From IMG/VR virus record IMGVR_UViG_3300018877_000003: a stretch of DNA of 64,000 nt. One strand, written 5' to 3'. The notes under the pieces are model-generated. The model was given only the letters and a program-made list of their open reading frames with translations, was not told where the DNA came from and ran no database searches. The DNA is from a virus. Below, in pieces: positions 9,022 through 17,017 of this stretch; position 1 is the first letter of the stretch; every line of letters starts with the position of its first letter. Made by a program: the position numbers and the translations under genes.

Positions 9022-9050
9022 TTCAACACTCTCCATTTTTGTTGTTTGTT

Positions 9051-9083
9051 AGAATAAAAGTGGAAGAATAATCTCCCACTTTT
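9051..9083 (-). terminator. terminator after ClpP-like 1
   Basis: GTGGGAG/CTTCCAC stem followed by TTTTATTCT on the - strand. Confidence 0.45.
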
Positions 9084-9084
9084 A

Positions 9085-9690
9085 TTATTTGTTACTAAAA
9101 TTCCAAAATGAATTGGATTTACTTTGGCTTTCTTCTTGAGGTTCTCCCAAAACTTGATCTGCGATACCAAGTTCAACGGCCTCATTTGCCGAAAAGAAGA
9201 AATCCCGTTTACTTCTTTGAATTTCATCCATTTGACTTCTCGACAATTTAGTAGATGAAAAGAGGCTGTCATACATTTCTTGAAGTATGCCTACTTCATT
9301 ACGCATATCATCGTGATCTTTAATTTGTCCCTCCATTCCATAAGAAACAGAATGATACATAAATCTTGCTAAACGATATGCTAGGCGCCGATGTCCTGCA
9401 ACAAAAATTCCTAAAGCCATTGATGCAACAAGTCCCATTCCATATGTAATGATTGGAACAGCAGATAACTCCATCGCTCCAATGATTGCAAAACCTGCTG
9501 TAGCACTTCCTCCAACGGAATTAATAAAAATTTCAATTGGTTGTGACTCATAGTCCTTGATTGTTGATGAAAGGTACGCATCTTCATCGTTAATAGCAAT
9601 GATTCTATCAATAACATCTCCTGCAAGCGCATCGTCAATTTGTTGAGAAATAATAATAACTCTGTCTGTTCTTGCTGTTTGCTCCATCAT
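9085..9690 (-). CDS. ClpP-family (S14) serine protease paralog 1
   Basis: Contains INSVGGS, the Ser in GLVASMA, the His in FMYHS, and KRDFFFSANEAVELGIAD (cf. ClpP ERDRF.SA.EA.EYGL.D). Confidence 0.8.
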   Translation of the reverse strand: MMEQTARTDRVIIISQQIDDALAGDVIDRIIAINDEDAYLSSTIKDYESQPIEIFINSVGGSATAGFAIIGAMELSAVPIITYGMGLVASMALGIFVAGHRRLAYRLARFMYHSVSYGMEGQIKDHDDMRNEVGILQEMYDSLFSSTKLSRSQMDEIQRSKRDFFFSANEAVELGIADQVLGEPQEESQSKSNSFWNFSNK

Positions 9691-9699
9691 CCAACACTC

Positions 9700-10197
9700 C
9701 TAATCATTTTTTCTTTCATATGTAGCAAATGAGAAGCTGTATGGATGATTTTCATCCGCTTCATTTTTAACTGGTTCTCCAACCATTTTCCATTCTTTCG
9801 CATCGAAGTCGGGGAAGTGGACTCTAGCTTTGTTGCTAATTGTATGTACATGAGTGATGATGAGTTTATCAGCATCATCAATTAACTGATAATACATTTC
9901 TCCGCCACCAATGACATAGATGTCATGTTTTTGGCCTAACTCCAAAACTTCATCGATTGAATGAAGGACTTTAGCTCCAACAGGATCAAAGGATTCGTCC
10001 ATTGTTACAACATAATTTTTTCTTTTTTCTAAAGGTTTCTTCGGAAGAGAATCCCATGTTTTTCTACCCATAACAACAATCTTCCCGCTTGTGACTGATT
10101 TAAAATGTTTCATGTCTCTGGGAAGAGAGAAGAGGAGGTTTCCATCTCCATCTCCGATCCCGAAGTTCATATCAAGGCATGCTACAAGTGTAATCAT
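9700..10197 (-). CDS. dfrA: dihydrofolate reductase
   Basis: Contains IGDGDGNLLFSLPRDMKHFK, VVMGRKTWDSLP and VIGGGEMY. Confidence 0.85.
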   Translation of the reverse strand: MITLVACLDMNFGIGDGDGNLLFSLPRDMKHFKSVTSGKIVVMGRKTWDSLPKKPLEKRKNYVVTMDESFDPVGAKVLHSIDEVLELGQKHDIYVIGGGEMYYQLIDDADKLIITHVHTISNKARVHFPDFDAKEWKMVGEPVKNEADENHPYSFSFATYERKND

Positions 10198-10208
10198 TAT
10201 TTCAACTC

Positions 10209-10634
10209 CTATTTCAATTTCTTATATAAATTAAAGAATTTAAGTTTCTTATATGACCTTCTAAGTTCATCGTTCTCTTCAATCAGACAGCGATATTTTT
10301 TATAGTAATAATTGTCAAGTTTATTCACTGCTTTATCTAACGATTTATGATTTAATTTTTCTTCAATAACATAGTCTGTATAAATCCTCAATCCACCATC
10401 AATATCTTTAACTATATCCTTGATTTCAACATTTTTATTTATTTCACTTAAGAATATCGTGACACCGATTATAAGTTCTTCTTTTGGTAAATTTAAAAAT
10501 TCTCTAGTAACAATAGCTTCATATTTTTCTGATGATACTCTTTTTTTAATAGAAGGTCGTTCAAACCCATAAGCGTCATTTTCAAAATAATATTCACACT
10601 TTTCGACTTTCCCTAGAAATGTATATTTAATCAT
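10209..10634 (-). CDS. hypothetical protein
   Basis: 141-aa co-oriented ORF. No motif recognised. Confidence 0.65.
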   Translation of the reverse strand: MIKYTFLGKVEKCEYYFENDAYGFERPSIKKRVSSEKYEAIVTREFLNLPKEELIIGVTIFLSEINKNVEIKDIVKDIDGGLRIYTDYVIEEKLNHKSLDKAVNKLDNYYYKKYRCLIEENDELRRSYKKLKFFNLYKKLK

Positions 10635-10654
10635 TTTTAATCTCCTTAAATAAT

Positions 10655-11542
10655 TTAGATAGCAACTTCAAAATCTAATCTATCTCCATGTTTATAATCG
10701 ATTAGCTTAAAATCATCGATAGTGAAATCGTAAAAATTATCGACTTCTGGATTAATCCAAATTTGAGGAGCAGAGAAAGATTCTCTACTCATTTGTTCCT
10801 TGAGACCTTCGATATGTCGAGTGTAAATATGAGCATCACCAATATGATAAATATAGCTTCCCAATTCTAATCCTGTAACCTGAGCAATCATTCGCTGTAA
10901 CACGTTGTATTGAAATACGTTAAATGGATTTCCTAATGCCATATCGTTTGATCTACATCGAACTTCGAGATGTAGTTTTCCACCTTTCACATGCCATTGA
11001 GTTTCATACACACATGGTGTCAAAGCCATATCATCTAAATCATCTGGATTCCAAAGCGTTGTAATATGTCTGCGTGAAGCAGGGTTATTTTTGAGTTGAC
11101 TTAACAAGTAGTCAACTTGGTCTACCTTTTCGACTTTGAGAGTGCCTGCTATTGTATCGTCAGAATAATGACTGTTCACAGAAGTTATTGCTTTTCTATT
11201 CTTCTTACCTAACTGATAACCATAAGCTTTACCAATCGTTCCATCTTCAAGTTCCCATTCGTTCCAAATCTTAACCCCCATGTCTCGAAGGTCTTGAACG
11301 ACATTAGATTTCTTTTGCCAAATCCAAAGCAACTCTTTAATTGCTGTTTTCCATGCAACCCTCTTTGTAGTCAAAATAGGTACTTCTGAATTGTCAAACC
11401 GCATTGATTGTCCAATGTAGGAAATGGCGTGAGCAGGAGTTCCATCTGCCCACACAGTCCTTACCCGTTCTTCTTCATCGCTATATCCATGATTTAAAAT
11501 TGTTTCAATAATCTTTCTGTATTGTGTATCTGCTTGATTCAT
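10655..11542 (-). CDS. thyA: thymidylate synthase (ThyA type) with an internal insertion
   Basis: Contains ALTPCVYETQW (catalytic Cys), RSNDMALGNPFN and GDAHIY. Start set to ATG 11542, because the upstream small ORF stops at 11562. Confidence 0.85.
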   Translation of the reverse strand: MNQADTQYRKIIETILNHGYSDEEERVRTVWADGTPAHAISYIGQSMRFDNSEVPILTTKRVAWKTAIKELLWIWQKKSNVVQDLRDMGVKIWNEWELEDGTIGKAYGYQLGKKNRKAITSVNSHYSDDTIAGTLKVEKVDQVDYLLSQLKNNPASRRHITTLWNPDDLDDMALTPCVYETQWHVKGGKLHLEVRCRSNDMALGNPFNVFQYNVLQRMIAQVTGLELGSYIYHIGDAHIYTRHIEGLKEQMSRESFSAPQIWINPEVDNFYDFTIDDFKLIDYKHGDRLDFEVAI

Positions 11543-11561
11543 TATGTATTTCCTTTCAAAA

Positions 11562-11684
11562 TCATTTGCTTCTATTAAGCTCTTCACTAACGATATTTGC
11601 CATCTTTCTCATTCCCATATACTTACCAAAGTAATAAACTGAGACGAAAAAAATGCCTGCTATCAAACCAATGGTTGGCGTCAT
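11562..11684 (-). CDS. small membrane protein (40 aa, not in the ORF track)
   Basis: GAAGGAG SD 7 nt before the ATG. Sequence MTPTIGLIAGIFFVSVYYFGKYMG... has a single TM helix. Confidence 0.5.
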   Translation of the reverse strand: MTPTIGLIAGIFFVSVYYFGKYMGMRKMANIVSEELNRSK

Positions 11685-11716
11685 GATATTATCTCCTTCT
11701 GTATAAAACTACACTT

Positions 11717-12091
11717 TTATTCATTATTAATTAGTTTTGTAATATAAATAGCAACTTTCCGATCTGTGTATTGACATGTTTTCTTTCCAATAATTTCAAC
11801 CAATCCTTTTGCTCTAAGTTCATTCAAGCGCGGATGGACACTATTACGATCTGATGAAGGGACTAGATTTTTCTTATGTAAAAAAACTGCTAGTTCTTTG
11901 GCTGTAGCTCCATTTTCAAATGAGTTATGTAAATTTTCAAAAACGACACGTTGACGTTCACTCAGAGTTTCTGAAACATGTGCATATGCTTCATTGCGCG
12001 TCTCCTTGGTGATGTCACTTGTTTTGTTCTTTTTGAATAAAGACGACAATCCACTAAAAAGTGATTCAGTAAAAGGCAACTTTGTAATCAT
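11717..12091 (-). CDS. winged-helix DNA-binding protein
   Basis: 124 aa. The segment ATAKELAVFL...RNSVHPRLNELRAKGLVE resembles a MarR/wHTH recognition helix plus wing. Confidence 0.55.
   Translation of the reverse strand: MITKLPFTESLFSGLSSLFKKNKTSDITKETRNEAYAHVSETLSERQRVVFENLHNSFENGATAKELAVFLHKKNLVPSSDRNSVHPRLNELRAKGLVEIIGKKTCQYTDRKVAIYITKLINNE
11722..11740 (-). promoter_or_regulatory. 19-nt element copy B (exact core), embedded in a CDS 3' end
   Basis: The core encodes the last residues TKLINN of 11717..12091. The flanking hexamers are weak (ATTACA / TAAAAG). Confidence 0.45.
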
Positions 12092-12102
12092 ATATCATTC
12101 TC

Positions 12103-12567
12103 CTATTCTTCTAAGTATTCAAAATTCAATTTCAAGACATAACCTTTTTTAAATATGTGTTCGTTTCCACACGTCATACAATATGTAGTATTTTCTTCAA
12201 CTAGATTTACTCTTTTACTTGAGCAAGATGGGCAACTATTGATATCAAAGTCTCCTTCAATTTTTGTGAAAACTTTATCAGATGTAACTTTCTCTTTAAG
12301 TGATTGCCCAAACTGCATGCAAGATTTCTTTACAGTAGTTGGATTAATTCCTAGCTCTTTTGCAATAACCATCCTAGGAACTCCATTTATATCTCTTTCA
12401 GCAATAATCTTTTTAAAATCATCTGTAAATGTCTTTTTGTATCTGCTATTTTCTTTATATGTATTCAAAACATTTAATACATCGCTACTCGATATTTGAA
12501 AACTGTCACTTATAAATTCAATAGGGCTTCCTTCTGCATAAGCAGTTAAAATCTTTTCTATTAACAC
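12103..12567 (-). CDS. HTH plus zinc-ribbon protein (putative regulator)
   Basis: 154 aa. Contains VIAKELGINPTTVKK (HTH-like) and CPSC...CMTCG. Confidence 0.55.
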   Translation of the reverse strand: MLIEKILTAYAEGSPIEFISDSFQISSSDVLNVLNTYKENSRYKKTFTDDFKKIIAERDINGVPRMVIAKELGINPTTVKKSCMQFGQSLKEKVTSDKVFTKIEGDFDINSCPSCSSKRVNLVEENTTYCMTCGNEHIFKKGYVLKLNFEYLEE

Positions 12568-12582
12568 ATAATTGCTCTCCTT

Positions 12583-13035
12583 TTAAAGTAAATGTCGGTC
12601 ATAAATCAATGTTGCTCGTTCATTGTTAAAAAACTCATCTAGAACCTTAATTACAGGAACTTGGTTGCCATCTTCTGATACACTTCGGCTAAACAATAAT
12701 AGAGCAGTGAAGATATCTATTTCTCTGACTCCTTCTGGATTGTCAGCAGTGGCGTGTTCGTACTCTTCAATAGCATCCTTCTCATCTTTGGCTTTAACTA
12801 ATGAGTAATATGGATCGTCAAATTCATAAAACTTTAAACCATCTAATTTTTTAACCTGATCTATAATTTGATCAATTTGTTTTCCTAAACTAAAAGAATG
12901 AATATCTGAAACATCGGGACACACACCAACTTCACCAGCTACAGATAATTCCAATAATTTTTCGCGTACTTCGTTAGGGTTAACAAGCTTATCTGCTCCC
13001 ACGCTTTCAGAAACAACCAAAAAATTTTTTGTCAT
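12583..13035 (-). CDS. hypothetical protein
   Basis: 150-aa co-oriented ORF. Confidence 0.65.
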   Translation of the reverse strand: MTKNFLVVSESVGADKLVNPNEVREKLLELSVAGEVGVCPDVSDIHSFSLGKQIDQIIDQVKKLDGLKFYEFDDPYYSLVKAKDEKDAIEEYEHATADNPEGVREIDIFTALLLFSRSVSEDGNQVPVIKVLDEFFNNERATLIYDRHLL

Positions 13036-13046
13036 TTCATTACCTC

Positions 13047-13502
13047 CTATTGTTTGCTTAAAGATTGTTTTACAATTTGATTTACAAGCTTCATATCTGC
13101 TCTACCTTTAAGCTCTTGGCTTGCAAGTTTCATCGCCATCCCCATATTTCCTCCAGAGACTTTTACATATTCGACAATAGAACTTACGACATTTTCAACT
13201 TCACTTTCAGTTAATTGTTTTGGCAAATATAACATGAGCAATTGTTTTTCTGTTTCTTGCTTTGAAACATCGCGATCAACAGCTTTATACGCTTCAATCT
13301 CTTTGTCTAATTCTTTAATATTTCTTTGAATTACGGTTTGCACCTGATCATCGTTTAATTGAGTGATGTCAGATAGTTTGAGAGTGATCTTTTCTTTTTC
13401 CAACTTTGAAACCAATAGCCTCAGCGTAGAAAGTTTGTTTTTATCCTTCGACTTCAAGGCATTTTTGGTATCATCTTTAATCTGTTGTACCAGTTCAGTC
13501 AT
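13047..13502 (-). CDS. GatB/YqeY-domain protein
   Basis: 151 aa. Contains ALKSKDK..LSTLRLL and a C-terminal GGNMGMAMKL...GRAD.K.V, typical of the YqeY family. Confidence 0.7.
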   Translation of the reverse strand: MTELVQQIKDDTKNALKSKDKNKLSTLRLLVSKLEKEKITLKLSDITQLNDDQVQTVIQRNIKELDKEIEAYKAVDRDVSKQETEKQLLMLYLPKQLTESEVENVVSSIVEYVKVSGGNMGMAMKLASQELKGRADMKLVNQIVKQSLSKQ

Positions 13503-13533
13503 AGTAGCATCTCCTTTAATATCTCACACAAAA

Positions 13534-13552
13534 CATTATTAATTAGTTTTGT
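13534..13552 (-). promoter_or_regulatory. 19-nt element copy C (exact core, no credible -10)
   Basis: Lies 55 bp downstream of copy D. The - strand flanks are CATACA and TTTTGT. Confidence 0.45.
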
Positions 13553-13581
13553 ATGAATGTTTTAATTTGAGTTATGCATTT

Positions 13582-13610
13582 ATTATAGCATTATTAATTA
13601 GTTTTGTAAA
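13582..13610 (-). promoter_or_regulatory. 19-nt element copy D, full sigmaA-like promoter
   Basis: The - strand reads TTTACA-AAACTAATTAATAATGC-TATAAT. Confidence 0.65.
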
Positions 13611-13695
13611 GGTTTATTGAAAACTTTTGAATAAGGAATGATTAGTGTATATGAAATCAATTCTGCTCTATAAAATCTTCTTAAGAGACGGATTC

Positions 13696-13787
13696 ACTTC
13701 ACCCTAATAATAAATAAAGGTTGTAGACGCAATACGCCTTCAACCTCCCTCAAGTAGGCCTTTTAAAAAAACGTGACTTCACCCTAA
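13696..13787. repeat. 12-bp direct repeat ACTTCACCCTAA (13696-13707 and 13776-13787)
   Basis: Exact copies 80 bp apart that bracket the terminator hairpin at the island boundary. Confidence 0.6.
13711..13746 (-). terminator. terminator after the zinc-ribbon gene
   Basis: GGTTGAAGGCG-tattg-CGTCTACAACC (9/11 bp paired) followed by TTTATTTATTATT on the - strand. Confidence 0.5.
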
Positions 13788-13804
13788 ATATATTTTCATG
13801 CATT

Positions 13805-14125
13805 TTAACGTATAATTAATGATGAAGAGTAAATTGACTCCTCTCCATTCTTATAAATTACCTTAACTTCTTCGCTTTCTGGATTCCCTATAATTTTGCT
13901 TATATTATTTTGAATAAAAGACCTGTCAATTTCGTCTTCAAAAATGTTAAAGTGACCGCTTATTAGCCATAGAACCTCATCCTCATTTATTTGGTTTCTT
14001 GAACAGTGATTGGCTCCATAATTATCATACGTTGAACATACATAGGTATGTTTCTTAGCTCTCTTTTTAAATTTATGCTTCTTGCCACATTTCGAACAAT
14101 AAACTAAACCTTTTAGTAAAGACAT
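13805..14125 (-). CDS. stand-alone recombinase zinc-ribbon-domain protein (C-terminal third of a large serine recombinase)
   Basis: 106 aa from M8, which has an AGGGAGGA SD. LVYCSKCGKK...YVCSTYDNYGANHC matches the zinc beta-ribbon of large serine recombinases. No catalytic domain is present. Confidence 0.6.
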   Translation of the reverse strand: MSLLKGLVYCSKCGKKHKFKKRAKKHTYVCSTYDNYGANHCSRNQINEDEVLWLISGHFNIFEDEIDRSFIQNNISKIIGNPESEEVKVIYKNGEESIYSSSLIIR

Positions 14126-14221
14126 GTATGTATCCTCCCTGAACAACGCTCGTCTCCATTAATAAACATCTGTGATTATCTGGAGATAACAAAATAAAAG
14201 CACCCTTTGGATGCCTGAGTT

Positions 14222-14578
14222 TCAATTTTTATCTGATAATTCATTATCAATTATTTTCTTTGTTGCTTTCAGAATAGCTTTTCTTAATTTTTTATTTGAT
14301 GCAAGCTCTTCTTTGCCGACTTTCTCTAGATATGAGATAGTTATGTTGAGTGAATCTTCAACTTCTATTCCTTTAATTAAATAATCGAGAGACACTTCAT
14401 AATAATCGGACAACTTTTTGAGCATTTTTAAATTTGGTTTACGCTTTCCATTCTCATAGTTTGCATAAGTATTCTTTGCAACACCGATTGCTTCACCAAC
14501 TTCTTCCATAGTTGGCTTAAAAGGAATCTTTTTTCTTAATTCTCGTAGCCTGTTGCCAAATTCACTCACTTTCTTCAT
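14222..14578 (-). CDS. XRE-family HTH regulator 2
   Basis: Contains FGNRLRELRKK...MEEVGEAIGVAKNTYANYENGKRKPNL. Start uncertain (ATG 14578 or GTG 14569). Confidence 0.75.
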   Translation of the reverse strand: MKKVSEFGNRLRELRKKIPFKPTMEEVGEAIGVAKNTYANYENGKRKPNLKMLKKLSDYYEVSLDYLIKGIEVEDSLNITISYLEKVGKEELASNKKLRKAILKATKKIIDNELSDKN

Positions 14579-14918
14579 CTCCCGAGACGTCATCATTTTG
14601 AAGTATTTTTATAAGATTGATTACTGTCTTTCGTTTTTCTTCTGTTAACTTATATAAGCTATTTATGGTTTGGTTTATTTCTGACTCATAAAGATGCTGT
14701 CTTTTCATTGTTGATTGGTTATATTCTGATCTTCCAAGTAAATAATCTGTAGTTGTATCCAACACATCTGCCAATTTGCAGAGTATATCATGAGATGGAG
14801 TGCTGTGACCTGTTTCATAATTTGAAATAGTTCCTTTTGTTGTACCTATTTTATTTGCCAACTCAGTTTGAGTTAACTTTTTCTCTTTTCGTTTCTGTCG
14901 CAACCTCTTAACATCCAT
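14562..14918 (-). CDS. XRE-family HTH regulator 1
   Basis: Contains LRQKRKEKKLTQTELANKIGTTKGTISNYETGHSTPS. Start at ATG 14918, with a GAGGTGG SD. Confidence 0.8.
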   Translation of the reverse strand: MDVKRLRQKRKEKKLTQTELANKIGTTKGTISNYETGHSTPSHDILCKLADVLDTTTDYLLGRSEYNQSTMKRQHLYESEINQTINSLYKLTEEKRKTVINLIKILQNDDVSGDEESE

Positions 14919-14951
14919 GTGTTTAATCCACCTCACAGTCTGTATAAGCAT

Positions 14952-14980
14952 ATCATACATTGGTTAAGTTTCTCAAACAA
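14952..14980 (-). promoter_or_regulatory. candidate sigmaA promoter of the XRE-XRE-zinc-ribbon unit
   Basis: The - strand reads TTGTTT-17 nt-TATGAT. Confidence 0.45.
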
Positions 14981-14988
14981 GATCAAAT

Positions 14989-15016
14989 AAAAAAGCACCC
15001 CGAAGGATGCTTTTTA
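14989..15016 (-). terminator. rho-independent terminator
   Basis: GCATCC-ttcg-GGGTGC followed by TTTTTATTT on the - strand. Confidence 0.7.
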
Positions 15017-15352
15017 TTTGAAGATAAGTCTGTAAATCATTCGTTTTGGCTCATCTCTTCCGTTTTTCAAATCTGAGCGATCAACGGAGTGGATATACCA
15101 TTTATGATGTTTGTCAGACCAATTCATCAATTCAGTATCAACGATATCCGGGAAGCTATATGTATACTCTTCATCTGTTTCTGGATTTTTTAAATCCACT
15201 AACAGTATTGCTCCCATTTTTGCTTCAATGATTTGATGTCCTTTGATGCGGTGCAGGATTCTCTCATCAGCTCCGGGAATATCTGGACTCATACTCAATT
15301 CGACAGTCGAATAAGATTCAAGACACCCAATTAACATAGGATCAATAATCAC
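15014..15352 (-). CDS. hypothetical protein
   Basis: 112 aa. GTG start with a GGGAGGTG SD. Confidence 0.6.
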   Translation of the reverse strand: MIIDPMLIGCLESYSTVELSMSPDIPGADERILHRIKGHQIIEAKMGAILLVDLKNPETDEEYTYSFPDIVDTELMNWSDKHHKWYIHSVDRSDLKNGRDEPKRMIYRLIFK

Positions 15353-15423
15353 TTTTAATCACCTCCCTCTTTTTATATCGGACGTGGAGATGTAAATTTA
15401 AGGGTTTTGTAAAAATTTATAAT

Positions 15424-15452
15424 AAAAACACCCTTTGAGGGTGTTTTGTTTT
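15424..15452 (-). terminator. rho-independent terminator
   Basis: ACACCC-tcaaa-GGGTGT followed by TTTTTATT on the - strand. Confidence 0.7.
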
Positions 15453-15898
15453 TATGCTGATGGCGCATGGAGAGCTTTCCTGTACTCTTTAAAGAAGATT
15501 CGTGCACGTTCATTATCTTTAATAATATCTAGATTCTTGCTCTTTCTTACAACTTTATTTCTGTATTTTTTCTTTTTAGATTTGACGATTTGTTCATTTT
15601 CACTAAGCTTATAAGCGGCTGTTTCAAGAAAAACTTCGATCATCATTCCAATCACTAAAGGATATTCAAATATAACAAGTTTTAAGATGTGTAGTGAATA
15701 TTTCACGTTTCTTGTCAAATTAATAATCGCCCAGCCAAAATGGATAATAAAAACTGCTAATGGTATGACTAGATATATTGCCTTACTTTTTCCGATCAAA
15801 CGCATACCGCTTTGAGTGATCTTCTTATACGTTCCAACTGCCAATCCTGCATACACTACAACAGCAATAAATGGAACTCCCATAAGCAACATTGTCAT
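15452..15898 (-). CDS. multi-pass membrane protein with basic C-terminal tail
   Basis: 148 aa, about 4 hydrophobic helices, followed by KSKKKKYRNKVVRKSK. Confidence 0.65.
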   Translation of the reverse strand: MTMLLMGVPFIAVVVYAGLAVGTYKKITQSGMRLIGKSKAIYLVIPLAVFIIHFGWAIINLTRNVKYSLHILKLVIFEYPLVIGMMIEVFLETAAYKLSENEQIVKSKKKKYRNKVVRKSKNLDIIKDNERARIFFKEYRKALHAPSA

Positions 15899-15927
15899 CC
15901 CTCCCTAATTATCAGTGGTAAGGTTCT

Positions 15928-16446
15928 TTAAGCGTTTGTCTTTTTTGTTGCCCACTGCCGATTATTCACTCTGTAAAAGTCTACTCTATCCTCCATCGAT
16001 TCATACTTCCTTCTTTGACGAGTAAGCTCCTTTATTCTCTCTCTATGCTGAACTTCCTTTTTAGAACTTAATGTTGACCAATCGACAAAAGCTAAGAAAA
16101 CATATGAACCAAGTGAAAACCAGAGTATTATTTTAATCCATACATTTAAAAAAGCAGGATGAATGTTAAAACCACTCCAAGTAAAGCCCTGAATGATCGC
16201 AACTAAGATCACTGTAGCCCAAAGGCAGTAATTTCTTCTTTTGATATTTTTATTTTCAATCGGCTCTTGCGTAAAGTAATCTAATAAAAATGGCAATAAG
16301 AAAAGAATAACTGTGGAGAGTAAAGCACTCTGAGTAGCGCTTTCTTTAATTGTATTTCCAAGAGCAAACCATACCACTATGGTATATGCGGCTCTCACCC
16401 CATAAAAATTATTGTAATCTTTATCATTGCTATGATCCTTCCCCAA
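15928..16446 (-). CDS. multi-pass membrane protein with charged C-terminal tail
   Basis: 172 aa, about 4 hydrophobic helices. TTG start with an AGAGGTG SD. Confidence 0.65.
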   Translation of the reverse strand: MGKDHSNDKDYNNFYGVRAAYTIVVWFALGNTIKESATQSALLSTVILFLLPFLLDYFTQEPIENKNIKRRNYCLWATVILVAIIQGFTWSGFNIHPAFLNVWIKIILWFSLGSYVFLAFVDWSTLSSKKEVQHRERIKELTRQRRKYESMEDRVDFYRVNNRQWATKKTNA

Positions 16447-16571
16447 TACACAACACCTCTATATGTGATTATCTCTATCTTACCACATAATGTATAAAAA
16501 TTGGGTAATTTTAAATGTTTTTCTTTAAAAAATTGTCGTATAAACCGGAAATAAACAAGTGAATTGAACTA

Positions 16572-17006
16572 TTATGAGAGAACACTATTTATTGCTTCTT
16601 CAAGCATTTCATTAAAGTTTTCAAATTTTTCAATTACTTCCCCACTTGGTTTATCCAATTCGACAAAGACATTGTTATCAATATCGAGACAATACCAAGA
16701 AATGTTAGAATCACCAAAAAATAAGTAGTTATAATCCCAATCATTTTCACGCCATATTTCATTAGCTCCAATAATTCCATTGTTGTCGTCATTAGGACTT
16801 GCATTATAAATAACTAACCCATTAAAATCTAACCCATTTGCTTTTTTTAAAAATACCTCATGGTCTTTTACCCAAAGATTTTCTTTCACATTTTTGGAAA
16901 CCCATTCTTTTGTCAGTTGAATATCTTCATTATTTGCTGGTATCATAATTGATTTGTTATCTTTATTTTTAAATTCTTCTATTCGTAATAATAATTCAGA
17001 AATCAC
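16572..17006 (-). CDS. immunity protein for the LXG toxin (SUKH/SMI1-KNR4-like)
   Basis: Lies immediately downstream of the toxin. GTG start at 17006 with an AGGAGTG SD, 11 nt after the toxin stop. The FLKKANGLDFNGLVIY...YCLD pattern matches SUKH proteins. Confidence 0.6.
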   Translation of the reverse strand: MISELLLRIEEFKNKDNKSIMIPANNEDIQLTKEWVSKNVKENLWVKDHEVFLKKANGLDFNGLVIYNASPNDDNNGIIGANEIWRENDWDYNYLFFGDSNISWYCLDIDNNVFVELDKPSGEVIEKFENFNEMLEEAINSVLS

Positions 17007-17017
17007 AAAAATCACTC

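Noticed and set aside
9085-9690. The ClpP-like genes as ordinary prohead maturation proteases.
   Set aside because: Not fully rejected. It is disfavoured because there are two copies, both embedded in early metabolic operons far from any portal or capsid gene. It is kept as a finding with this alternative stated.
8979-9881. Alternative-frame - strand ORFs 8979..9272, 9411..9638 and 9687..9881. Similar cases are 28619..28810, 33039..33269, 37075..37305 and 38938..39126.
   Set aside because: They overlap the ClpP-like, DHFR, nucleotidyltransferase, NrdE and topoisomerase genes in another frame, and they have no motifs or SDs.
10655-11542. The ThyA homolog as a dUMP hydroxymethylase, implying hydroxymethyluracil DNA as in SPO1.
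   Set aside because: An adjacent DHFR gene fits a true thymidylate synthase cycle, and the active-site contexts look ThyA-like. This cannot be excluded from sequence alone, so it is listed as something to check by nucleoside analysis.
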